The position numbers and the translations under genes are program-made. The notes under the pieces are model-generated. The model was given only the letters and a program-made list of their open reading frames with translations, had not been told where the DNA came from and searched no databases. A stretch of 32,418 nucleotides of DNA, taken from NCBI GenBank assembly GCA_041694845.1, contig JBGFRY010000008.1, positions 1 to 32,418 on the forward strand, written 5' to 3'. Source of the DNA: Candidatus Micrarchaeota archaeon (GTDB lineage Archaea; Micrarchaeota; Micrarchaeia; Anstonellales; Bilamarchaeaceae). How positions within the stretch are numbered: position 1 is the first letter of the stretch; each line of letters begins with the position of its first letter. Positions 1 to 8,935 of the stretch are shown piece after piece.

Positions 1-146
1 TCAAGAATTTAGAGGTATTAAACGCATATTGGGTTGGGGAAACTGGAACCAATAAATATTTTGAAGTAATCCTTGTTGATCCAACTAAAGTAGATATACC
101 AGCTGCAAAGCGAAAAGGCCGTGTATTCCGTGGCTTGGTTAAATGA
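1..146 (+). CDS. rpl15e: 50S ribosomal protein L15e, 3' part (5' end outside window)
   Basis: Manual translation from base 3: [27 protein letters not shown]...[10 protein letters not shown], matching eL15 motifs (LNx[11 protein letters not shown], GRxFRGL). TGA at 144-146 overlaps the next ATG. Confidence 0.93.
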   Translation, partial: KNLEVLNAYWVGETGTNKYFEVILVDPTKVDIPAAKRKGRVFRGLVK

Positions 147-565
147 AAAGTAAAATGATGGCAGAAAGGAAATCTCTAGCATGTTCTAGTTTATATATAA
201 AAACTGTAAAAAACCTTGATGAAGCAGTAAATTATAAAAACAAAAAGGTTCTGCTATCTCTTGAGGATTATTCAATAGATGAAGGTGCGCTTAAAATAAT
301 TGGAGAGAAGCAGGCAGCATGTTTTTTGATTGATTTTTCACGAATTATAAAAAGCAATGGAGTGCATCGTTCCATCGAACTAAGCAGAATAAGAACATTT
401 TTTCGTTATTGTATAAAATATAATGTATTCTTTGCAATTACAAATCTTTCATCTAATGAGCAGTATTTCCGCACAGATCGTGAGCTTTTGCATATTGCTA
501 TGTTACTTGGACTTGATGTAGGAAAGGCTAAAAATGCTTTAATGAGAGGAAATGATTATATTTGA
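143..565 (+). CDS. rnp3: RNase P protein Rpp30 (Rnp3)-like, short form
   Basis: C-terminal [33 protein letters not shown] resembles the Rpp30 tail. It follows rpl15e, a known archaeal neighbourhood. Confidence 0.65.
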   Translation: MKSKMMAERKSLACSSLYIKTVKNLDEAVNYKNKKVLLSLEDYSIDEGALKIIGEKQAACFLIDFSRIIKSNGVHRSIELSRIRTFFRYCIKYNVFFAITNLSSNEQYFRTDRELLHIAMLLGLDVGKAKNALMRGNDYI

Positions 566-592
566 TTTTTTGCTGAGATTTTGGTGAAATTT

Positions 593-3022
593 ATGCTTCC
601 AAATAGATACGATCGTTCAATCGAAAAAAAATGGCAGAAGTACTGGATTGAAAACAACATCTATACCTTCGCAGAATTAGAACTCGAGAGAGGAAACTCG
701 AAATTTGAAGCATCAATACCTATCTATTCTATAGATACCCCACCACCGTTTACAAATGGTGAGCTCCATATGGGCCATGTTCTCTCCTACGCATTCTTTG
801 ATTTTGTTGCGCGTTATAAACGCATGCGCGGCTATAATGTTTATTACCCACAAGGATGGGATACTCAAGGTTTTCCAACAGAAGTTCGTGTTGAAAATAA
901 ATTTGGTACATTACCTCTGGTTAAATTCAGACAGAAATGTGTAGAATGGACTTACGAATTCATTGCTCGCATGAAACAACAGATGATTGAGCTAGGTTTT
1001 TCTCCAGACTGGCGCTATGAATATCGGACGATGGATTCTGAATATCATGCAAAAGTTCAGAAATCTCTTATAGAAATGTATAATAAAAAACTTATCTATC
1101 GTGCGGAATATCCTGTTTATTGGTGTCCAAAATGTGTTTCAGCAATTGCAAAAGCAGAATTAGATGATGTTGAAAAACAAGGAATTATTTATAATATTAT
1201 CTTTAGAGATAAGAATAATAAAAAACTCGTAATTGCGACTACGCGACCAGAACTTCTGCCAGCATGCGTTGCACTTCTCTATCATTCACAAGATGAACGA
1301 TATGCATATCTAAAAAATGCGGGAAAAGTAATCACACCACTTGGAAAGGAAATTCCAATCTTTGCAGATAGTGATGTTGATAAGGAGTTTGGCAGTGGTT
1401 TAGTGATGGTATGCACATTTGGAGACAAAATGGATGTTGTCTGGGCTCATAGATACAAACTGGCTTTTGTAAACTGCATAGACCAATATGGAAAGATGAT
1501 AAATGCAGGAGAGCTAAATGGGCTTAAAGTATCAGATGCAAAGAAAAAAATTGTTGAGAAACTAAAGAGCGAAGGAAAAGTTTTGAAAGAACAGCAATTA
1601 CCACAGATAGTAAAGGTACATGATAGATGTAACACTGTTGTTGAACTTATTTCATCAATGCAATGGTTCGCAGATATCAGAACACATGCAAAGGCAATTA
1701 AAGAGATGGCGCATAAAATAAAGTGGGTTCCTGATTTTGGGATAACCTATCTCATTGATTGGATTGAGGGTGCTGAATGGGATTGGGTTATCTCAAGGCA
1801 GCGGATTTTCGGTACCCCAATTCCATTTTACTATTGTGAGAAATGTGGTGCAACTGCGCCATCGGATGTACTTCCATTCTATCCAGAAAAAGCAGAACCA
1901 AAAAAATGTAATTGTGGAGAAAGAATGAAACCTGAAACAAGTATATGTGACTGCTGGGTAGACTCATCAATTACTCCTTTAATTATAAGTGGCTGGCCTG
2001 ATAACAAAAAAATGTTCGAAAAACTTTACCCATCTTCACTAAGACCACAGGGTGTGGAAATCGTTCGTACATGGGCATTTTATACTATATATCGAAGTGG
2101 TGTTGGTTTAACAGGCATTCCTCCATGGGAAACAATTCTACTTAATGGAAAGGTACTTGCTCCAGATGGAAAAAAGATGTCAAAAAGTTTGGGTAATGTT
2201 ATCTCACCTACAGAATTATTGAAAGAGTATTCTGCAGATGCAATAAGACAATGGGCTGCAATGAGTGGTGCAATGGCAAAAGACCGTCCATTCAGCTATG
2301 AAGACATAAAATATGCAAAAAGTTTCATTACAAAATTATGGAATGCTGCACGTTTTATAGAAGATATAGATACAGAAAAGCAGTTTGGTATAACTACTAG
2401 TGAAATTAAAAAGAAGCCACCACTCTTCATGAAAGTCGACAAATGGATGCTTAACAAATTAAACAATCTAGTCGAAGAAGTAACAGATGCATATGAAAGA
2501 TTTGAATTCCACTCTGTCATGAATTTAATACATCAATTTTTCTGGCATGATTTCTGCGATGATTATCTTGAGTTCACTAAATATAGGATATATAGCACAG
2601 TTGATGACTTAAATGATGACTATACAAAATCAGGAGCTATTGCTGCTTACTATACTCTAAAAGAAATACTTACTACTTGTTTATTCTTACTTGCACCTAT
2701 TACTCCACATGTTACTGAGGAGATATACTCTAGTTTTAATGAACATAAAAACAAAAGCATTCACAATAGTGCACTATGGCCAGCAAGAGTTCATAAATTT
2801 GATGATGAATTTTCTGATATTGAAGCAATGCGCGAAATCATCCATCAATTAAGGCGATATAAAGCAAAAAACAAATCCTCTCAAGCAACAGAGATTGGAT
2901 GTGTAGAAATAACTTCAAATGTAAAACTCAACGAGGAAATTGTTAAAGAGATAAAACGAATAAGCAAAGTAAAAGAGATTAGAGTAAAAAAAGGGGAAAA
3001 TCTAGTTGTTGAGGTAAAGTAA
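593..3022 (+). CDS. valS: Valine--tRNA ligase
   Basis: DTPPP, HMGH, WDWVISRQR and KMSKS motifs of class Ia ValRS. ATG at 593 preferred over TTG at 581. Confidence 0.96.
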   Translation: MLPNRYDRSIEKKWQKYWIENNIYTFAELELERGNSKFEASIPIYSIDTPPPFTNGELHMGHVLSYAFFDFVARYKRMRGYNVYYPQGWDTQGFPTEVRVENKFGTLPLVKFRQKCVEWTYEFIARMKQQMIELGFSPDWRYEYRTMDSEYHAKVQKSLIEMYNKKLIYRAEYPVYWCPKCVSAIAKAELDDVEKQGIIYNIIFRDKNNKKLVIATTRPELLPACVALLYHSQDERYAYLKNAGKVITPLGKEIPIFADSDVDKEFGSGLVMVCTFGDKMDVVWAHRYKLAFVNCIDQYGKMINAGELNGLKVSDAKKKIVEKLKSEGKVLKEQQLPQIVKVHDRCNTVVELISSMQWFADIRTHAKAIKEMAHKIKWVPDFGITYLIDWIEGAEWDWVISRQRIFGTPIPFYYCEKCGATAPSDVLPFYPEKAEPKKCNCGERMKPETSICDCWVDSSITPLIISGWPDNKKMFEKLYPSSLRPQGVEIVRTWAFYTIYRSGVGLTGIPPWETILLNGKVLAPDGKKMSKSLGNVISPTELLKEYSADAIRQWAAMSGAMAKDRPFSYEDIKYAKSFITKLWNAARFIEDIDTEKQFGITTSEIKKKPPLFMKVDKWMLNKLNNLVEEVTDAYERFEFHSVMNLIHQFFWHDFCDDYLEFTKYRIYSTVDDLNDDYTKSGAIAAYYTLKEILTTCLFLLAPITPHVTEEIYSSFNEHKNKSIHNSALWPARVHKFDDEFSDIEAMREIIHQLRRYKAKNKSSQATEIGCVEITSNVKLNEEIVKEIKRISKVKEIRVKKGENLVVEVK

Positions 3023-3033
3023 ATATAAAAATT

Positions 3034-3528
3034 TTAGATTACCCTTCCGATTATCCGCCCAGATATCGTATATAAATTCGCCTTTAAAGGATCACACGTT
3101 GGGTTAATATACGATACGCAGATATAATATGTAATACCAACCTTAATTTTCTTTATTGAGTCTTTGCTTACAGAAGAACCAGTTAATATAGCATCTATTT
3201 TTGAACTACTTCCACTTTCTATTTCAAAATGCGTTTGTGGTAAATTTATGACAAAATTTTTATTTTCATCTTCCAATTTTATCGTTATGTTATATACACC
3301 AATTTTATACCCAAAACCATTCGTCACATTCATTACTAATTTTAAATCATCTTCGTTTTTATAGAGCTGGAAGACACAAGATAGTGATGTCCCAAGATAG
3401 CATTCTTCTGATATTATGTTAGTTGGTGTAAATACTCCTGATGATACTATAACGCCAATTACAACAGTTAGCAAAAATATTGCCCATCCATATGTTACAA
3501 GATATTCACTAGCAGCTTGTCCACGCAT
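3034..3528 (-). CDS. Class III signal peptide (type IV pilin-like) protein
   Basis: N-terminus MRG|QAASEYLVTYGWAI has G-1, Q+1 and E+5 followed by a hydrophobic helix, then a beta-rich domain with 4 Cys. Confidence 0.8.
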   Translation of the reverse strand: MRGQAASEYLVTYGWAIFLLTVVIGVIVSSGVFTPTNIISEECYLGTSLSCVFQLYKNEDDLKLVMNVTNGFGYKIGVYNITIKLEDENKNFVINLPQTHFEIESGSSSKIDAILTGSSVSKDSIKKIKVGITYYICVSYINPTCDPLKANLYTISGRIIGRVI

Positions 3529-3590
3529 AGTTAAAAATCTTAACAGATGTTATTAAAAACTATCGCCTTAAACTTCTTACGTGATCATGC

Positions 3591-3809
3591 ATGGCGATAT
3601 TAACTTGCGAACGATGTGGAGAGCAATCTGCAAAATTGGAGAAATGTAATTATTGTAATAAATTGCTTTGTTGTAGTTGTATAAAAAGTTCAAAGCGTAT
3701 ACTTAATGCAACCAGAATATTTATATGCAAAGATTGTTGGGGAAAAATCAGTTTAAGAAAAAAATTCAAACAAGCTGGTCAAAAAATATTTTCAAGAAGA
3801 GAATATTAA
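3591..3809 (+). CDS. Small Cys-rich zinc-finger protein, hypothetical
   Basis: 72 aa with CERC, CNYC, CCSC and CKDCW motifs. Upstream GTGAT resembles an RBS. Confidence 0.7.
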   Translation: MAILTCERCGEQSAKLEKCNYCNKLLCCSCIKSSKRILNATRIFICKDCWGKISLRKKFKQAGQKIFSRREY

Positions 3810-3822
3810 TATTGGTAGATAT

Positions 3823-4030
3823 CAGTAGTTCCGAACTTCTTACTTCTTTAGAAATAATCTTGTTGTTTTGCCTATCAAAATTGCAATGTGATTAGCTCGA
3901 AAATTTTTTACCTATGAAAAATAGGTTAAATTATGGTAACTTCGATCTTGCGTTCAAGGCAAGACTCAGAACGCGAGACACAAGACCAGTGAGAAAAAGC
4001 ATCAGTTTTTATTTACTTTCGGAAGTACTA
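3823..4030. mobile_element. MITE-like non-autonomous element (about 208 bp)
   Basis: Ends CAGTAGTTCCGAA and TTCGGAAGTACTA form an 11/13 inverted match. Flanked by direct repeat GATAT (3818-3822, 4031-4035). No ORF. The left 105 bp recur at 14586-14691. Confidence 0.7.
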
Positions 4031-4052
4031 GATATAGGCGCTTGACTTACTT

Positions 4053-5273
4053 TTACGAACCATATATTTTCCCTTTTCTAATTAAGTTTAATATTATTGG
4101 CATTAAGTCTTTTCCTTCAATATGGCCAAGACCACCTTTCATGCAAGAGATTTCATCAAATTTTCTTACATCATCTCTTCTTCCTTCTTTCTCATAAATT
4201 AATATCGGCACTTCGTATCCCGAATGTTCTTTTAGAATACATGGTGTTGAATGATCAGCAGTGACAATAATAGTTGCATTTGATTCTCTTAATTTTGCTA
4301 TCACTTGTTTGTCTATTTTTTCAATCATTTTTATTTTTCCTTTTGTATCGCCATCATGACTAAAAGAATCACAGGCCTTTATATGCAAGAAAACTAAATC
4401 ATGTGTTTTCAGCGTTTCAATAGCTGCATCTGCTTTTGCGTTTAAATCAGTGTCTTTTGTACCTGTTGCTCCTTTAACTTCAATAACATTCATGCCAACG
4501 TATCGTGCTATTCCTTTGTACAACGCACCACCTGCAACACATGCGACTAAAATTCCAAACCGAGATTTCATATTATCTATCTTTCTGTATATGCCTCCTC
4601 CACGAAGAAGTAATCCGTTTGCAGGGAGTAATCCTTTCTTTACTCTTCTTATATTTTCAGGGTGCTTTTCCAAATGCTCTCTTGCATGATTTGTAAGTAT
4701 ATTTATAATGTCTGCTGTTTTCTTTGCTTCAGCGCTATCATCTAATGGCTCGCAATGTTTAATTTTTCTAATAGTATGTTGATCTGTATCAGAAACAGCT
4801 GCATTCAAACCATTACCTCGAAGTATGAGCACACCGCGATGCTCAACAGAACTTTTGAAAATTATCTCAACATTCTCTATTGTCATGTTAATTGCATCTT
4901 CTAATTTTCTTGCTGTTTCACTATCAATCCTTCCAGCGCGTCTGTTTATTATTTCCGTACCTTCTAGCGTCGCAAAATTAGTTCTGAATGCAATATCCTC
5001 ATCTCTTAATCGCTCACCAATACCAAGCGCTTCAAGAGGTCCTCTTCCACAGTAATAGATCTTTGGATCATACCCAAAATACTGAAGATGACTAGTATCG
5101 CTTCCTGGAATAACTCCTTTGCCAAGCGGTGCAATCAACCCTGTAATTCCATCGCGTGCAAGAGCATCTAGATTTGTTTTTTTTGCCATCTGCAATGGTG
5201 TTTTTTTAGGTGCTGGTAAATCGCCAAGGCCATCTATTATAATCAAAATCAATTTCTTGTTATTTTCTACCAT
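4053..5273 (-). CDS. apgM: 2,3-bisphosphoglycerate-independent phosphoglycerate mutase (archaeal type)
   Basis: IIDGLGD, PGSDTSH, GRGPLEALG, RRAGRI, DSFSHDG and TADHSTP motifs. Confidence 0.95.
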   Translation of the reverse strand: MVENNKKLILIIIDGLGDLPAPKKTPLQMAKKTNLDALARDGITGLIAPLGKGVIPGSDTSHLQYFGYDPKIYYCGRGPLEALGIGERLRDEDIAFRTNFATLEGTEIINRRAGRIDSETARKLEDAINMTIENVEIIFKSSVEHRGVLILRGNGLNAAVSDTDQHTIRKIKHCEPLDDSAEAKKTADIINILTNHAREHLEKHPENIRRVKKGLLPANGLLLRGGGIYRKIDNMKSRFGILVACVAGGALYKGIARYVGMNVIEVKGATGTKDTDLNAKADAAIETLKTHDLVFLHIKACDSFSHDGDTKGKIKMIEKIDKQVIAKLRESNATIIVTADHSTPCILKEHSGYEVPILIYEKEGRRDDVRKFDEISCMKGGLGHIEGKDLMPIILNLIRKGKIYGS

Positions 5274-5381
5274 AGTTATGAAAACAACGATGCCATTTTT
5301 AAAGATAATGGGGATTGCTGTTCGTAAACAAGCGATATAGATTAAAAGCAGTTTATTCTCAATCTATTTGGTGTTTTTTAA

Positions 5382-7151
5382 ATGGTTAGAATTGCAGTTC
5401 TTGATAGAGTTCTCTGCATAAAAGAGCGTTGTGGGTATGTGTGTGCAAAGATATGCCCAGTGAATAGAACGGGTAAAGAATGCATATCAATTGAAAATGA
5501 AACGAATTATCCAATAATTTCTGAAGAGCTTTGTAGTGGATGCGGTCTGTGCGTCAAGAAATGCCCTCTTCAGTGTATCTCAATAATAAATTTGGTTGAA
5601 GAGTTAGGAAATCCAATTTATCAATATGGTCTAAATAGTTTTCGTCTTTATGGCCTTCCTCTTCCTCGCAAAGGTGCGGTTTCTTTTGTTGGGAAGAACG
5701 GGATAGGAAAAACAACAGCGATAAAATTACTAAGCAAGCAACTAAAACCGAATTTTGGAGAAATAAGGAAAAAGCTGAAGGATGATGAATTATACTCTCG
5801 TTTAACAACAGAAACAAGACATTATTTTTCAAGATTAGGAAATGAACTTAAAGTAAGTCAAAAACCACAGCAAGTAGATAAAATAAGAAGCGCTTTCAAA
5901 GGAACAGTCTTTGGATTACTCAAAAACGTTTCTGGAAAAAAAATTGAAGATGAACAAGTTAAAGAAAAGATTAATCGCATTATAAATCTGTTTAATCTTT
6001 TACCAATACTTGATAGTTTTATACCTGAGTTAAGCGGAGGAGAACTGCAAAGAGTTGCAATGGCTGCCGCATGCTTGATAGATGCAGACATATATTACTT
6101 TGATGAATTTACAAATTATCTAGACATAGAAGAACGTTTGAAATCAGCAATAACTTTGAAAGAACTCTCTGAGTCAAAAAAAGTTGTTGTGGTTGAGCAT
6201 GATCTTTCTATTGTCGATTATGTTAGCGATTATGCGTATATATTTTATGGAAATGACAATGTTTATGGTATTGTTTCTGATATAAAGAATGTACGTGCTG
6301 GGATAAACGAATATATCCACGGATTCTTAAAAGAGGAGAATGTCAGGTTTAGAGACTATGAGCTTGAATTCTCTAAACAAAGCGAACAGGAAATAAAAAC
6401 CAATAAAAAAATAGAATATGGAATAATGAAAAAATCTTTTGAAAGATTTTCTTTCTCAAGTGATGGTGGCTCAATAAATGATGGTGAAATAATAGGTATT
6501 GTTGGCAAAAATGCAGTTGGTAAATCTCTTTTTATAAAAATGCTTGCAGGAGTTGAAAAGCCAGACAGTGGTGAAAACTACTCTCTTCAAAACATTTCAT
6601 ATAAACCACAATATTTGGCTGATATTGCAAATGATAAAATCGTAAAAGAATTTATCAGTCCACAAATGGACTCTATATTTGAGGAATGCAAAAGACGACT
6701 TTCAATCGCCAAATTATTGGAAAAGAAAATGAACGAGCTAAGCGGAGGAGAACTGCAAAGAGTTGCATTAACTGCTACTCTTTGCAAAGATGTAGATATA
6801 TACCTATTCGATGAACCAAGTGCATTCTTAGATATTGAGCAGAGATTTGAATTCGCATCTTTGCTTAGACATTTGATTAATAAAACAGAGAAATGTGCTT
6901 TTGTAGTTGATCACGATATTGTTTTCATTGATGCTATCTGCAACAGACTAATTGTTTTTGAAGGAAAAAGTTCTATTCATGGCCATGCTGGCGTACCATT
7001 ATCAAAGAAAAATGGGATGAATACTTTCCTGAAAACAGTTGGGATCACAATGAGAAGGGATAAGGACACCTATCGTCCAAGAATAAATAAACCAGGTTCT
7101 TCACTCGACCGCGAACAAAAAGAGAATAATAACTATTATTATACGACGTGA
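5382..7151 (+). CDS. abce1: Ribosome recycling ATPase ABCE1/RLI
   Basis: N-terminal Fe-S cysteine motifs, two ABC domains with LSGGELQRVA, C-terminal RPRINKPGS. Confidence 0.96.
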   Translation: MVRIAVLDRVLCIKERCGYVCAKICPVNRTGKECISIENETNYPIISEELCSGCGLCVKKCPLQCISIINLVEELGNPIYQYGLNSFRLYGLPLPRKGAVSFVGKNGIGKTTAIKLLSKQLKPNFGEIRKKLKDDELYSRLTTETRHYFSRLGNELKVSQKPQQVDKIRSAFKGTVFGLLKNVSGKKIEDEQVKEKINRIINLFNLLPILDSFIPELSGGELQRVAMAAACLIDADIYYFDEFTNYLDIEERLKSAITLKELSESKKVVVVEHDLSIVDYVSDYAYIFYGNDNVYGIVSDIKNVRAGINEYIHGFLKEENVRFRDYELEFSKQSEQEIKTNKKIEYGIMKKSFERFSFSSDGGSINDGEIIGIVGKNAVGKSLFIKMLAGVEKPDSGENYSLQNISYKPQYLADIANDKIVKEFISPQMDSIFEECKRRLSIAKLLEKKMNELSGGELQRVALTATLCKDVDIYLFDEPSAFLDIEQRFEFASLLRHLINKTEKCAFVVDHDIVFIDAICNRLIVFEGKSSIHGHAGVPLSKKNGMNTFLKTVGITMRRDKDTYRPRINKPGSSLDREQKENNNYYYTT

Positions 7152-7179
7152 AATTATATCTATATCTTTGAAATCATAA

Positions 7180-8355
7180 ATGAGTTGCAATCAATTTATG
7201 CAATTGATTCTCTTTTTTATCGGGATTTTTTTAGGGATTCTCTCTGGTCTAATACCTGGACTTCATTCAAATACAATAATCTCGATGTTATCTTCTCTTA
7301 ATTTAGACGAACAAGACGCGGCCATAATTATTCTAGCTATTTTTCCAGTTCACTTAATTGTTTCATTTATTCCATCAATTTTTTTCGGGATACCAGAACA
7401 AGGTACAATTATCACAGTTCTTCCAGGCCAACGAATGGTTCTTAAAGGAAAAGGCATCACCGCACTAAAGATTGTTATTCTCTCTTCGCTGTTTGCTGCA
7501 TTACTCTCAGTTGCATTATTTTATCCATCACTTTCACTGTTTCCATTGTTTTATTCAGCAATCAAACCATACCTAGGACACATCCTGCTTGTATTTTCAA
7601 TATTGTTTATAATAAGAAGCAAAAATCCGCTTTGTACAGGGGTTATATTTCTAGCAGCTGGGTTTCTTGGGGTCTACTCACTCAATGCAGAAATAACTGA
7701 CAGCTTTTTGCCGCTTTTTACAGGTATGTTCGCAATAGCAGCAATTCTCAATTATAAAAAATCAAAGATGCCAAAACAAAAAGAAGAAAGCATTGACATG
7801 GGATTCTTGAAATTCACTGTAATTGGAGTTGCTGCTGGCTTTTTAGCCGATTTATTGCCTGGCATAAGCTCACCATCACAAGTTGCAACTTTTCTTACAA
7901 TATTCATGCCGATAAACACACTCGGTTATCTTGCCGCTATTTCGTCAATATCAATGAGCGAAGCAGTTTTTTCTTTTGCAACAAGTGCGTCGATAGATAA
8001 AGCTAGAGTTGGGGCTACTGCAATGCTTGCTGATAAAATTTCAATTGCTGATAATTTATTTTTTATTTTATCAATATTTATTTTTAGTACTGCTATTGCA
8101 GTAGCAATAATTTATTTATTAAGAAGGTATATTGGAAAACTTGCAGAAATTGATTTTTCAAAATTTAACATCATTCTTGCTCTCTATCTTGTAGCAATAG
8201 TTTTTGTTCTAAATGGATTCATCGGACTTATTATATTCGCGCTTGCGTCGCTACTCGGTGTTGTTACTGTGCGCTTGGGAGTGGAGCGGACAACGCTCAT
8301 GGGTGCAGTTATAGTGCCAACAATACTGCTACTTTTTAAGATATTCATAATCTAA
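7180..8355 (+). CDS. TctA-family (DUF112) tripartite tricarboxylate transporter-like permease
   Basis: Polytopic membrane protein with GLIPGLHSN, FIPSIFFGIP, VLPGQRMVLKGKG and a second-half LLPGISS repeat. Start may be ATG 7198. Confidence 0.8.
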   Translation: MSCNQFMQLILFFIGIFLGILSGLIPGLHSNTIISMLSSLNLDEQDAAIIILAIFPVHLIVSFIPSIFFGIPEQGTIITVLPGQRMVLKGKGITALKIVILSSLFAALLSVALFYPSLSLFPLFYSAIKPYLGHILLVFSILFIIRSKNPLCTGVIFLAAGFLGVYSLNAEITDSFLPLFTGMFAIAAILNYKKSKMPKQKEESIDMGFLKFTVIGVAAGFLADLLPGISSPSQVATFLTIFMPINTLGYLAAISSISMSEAVFSFATSASIDKARVGATAMLADKISIADNLFFILSIFIFSTAIAVAIIYLLRRYIGKLAEIDFSKFNIILALYLVAIVFVLNGFIGLIIFALASLLGVVTVRLGVERTTLMGAVIVPTILLLFKIFII

Positions 8356-8368
8356 TTTTTTCGATTTC

Positions 8369-8920
8369 ATGCGCATTTTAGTTACAATAACAGGTGCATC
8401 TGGCATTGCATATGGAACACGGCTAGTTGAAGTACTGCGAAAGATTAAACCAAAGATGAATATTTCAGTAGTAGTTAGCAAAGGCGCCAAAAAGGTTGCA
8501 GGAATAGAAGGCGAAGATAAAAAATTACCAAAATCAGATTATAATGAGAATGATTTAGCAGCACCATTTGCATCAGGCTCGCATAAAATTGATGCAATGG
8601 TTATCTGTCCGTGCTCACTAAAAACATTGGGTGAGATTGCTAATGGTGTGGGAAGCAACCTTATAGCAAGAGCAGCAGAGGTTATGCTAAAAGAACGAAG
8701 AAAGTTAGTTCTTGTAGTGCGTGAAACGCCCCTGTCTTATATCGCGATAAAAAACATGAGAATAGTTACGCTTGCTGGCGCAATAGTGCTACCTGCATGC
8801 CCTGGATTTTACCATAAGCCAGAGACAATAAACAATCTGGTTGATTTCGTAGTTGGCAAAATATTGGACCAGTTGGGAATGGAGCATAAGCTGTTTAAGA
8901 GATGGGATGGGAAACTATAG
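8369..8920 (+). CDS. ubiX: Flavin prenyltransferase UbiX
   Basis: ITGASG, ASGS, PCSLKTL, LKERRKLVLVVRETP and PGFYHKP motifs. Confidence 0.95.
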   Translation: MRILVTITGASGIAYGTRLVEVLRKIKPKMNISVVVSKGAKKVAGIEGEDKKLPKSDYNENDLAAPFASGSHKIDAMVICPCSLKTLGEIANGVGSNLIARAAEVMLKERRKLVLVVRETPLSYIAIKNMRIVTLAGAIVLPACPGFYHKPETINNLVDFVVGKILDQLGMEHKLFKRWDGKL

Positions 8921-8935
8921 CAATGGTGAAAACCT

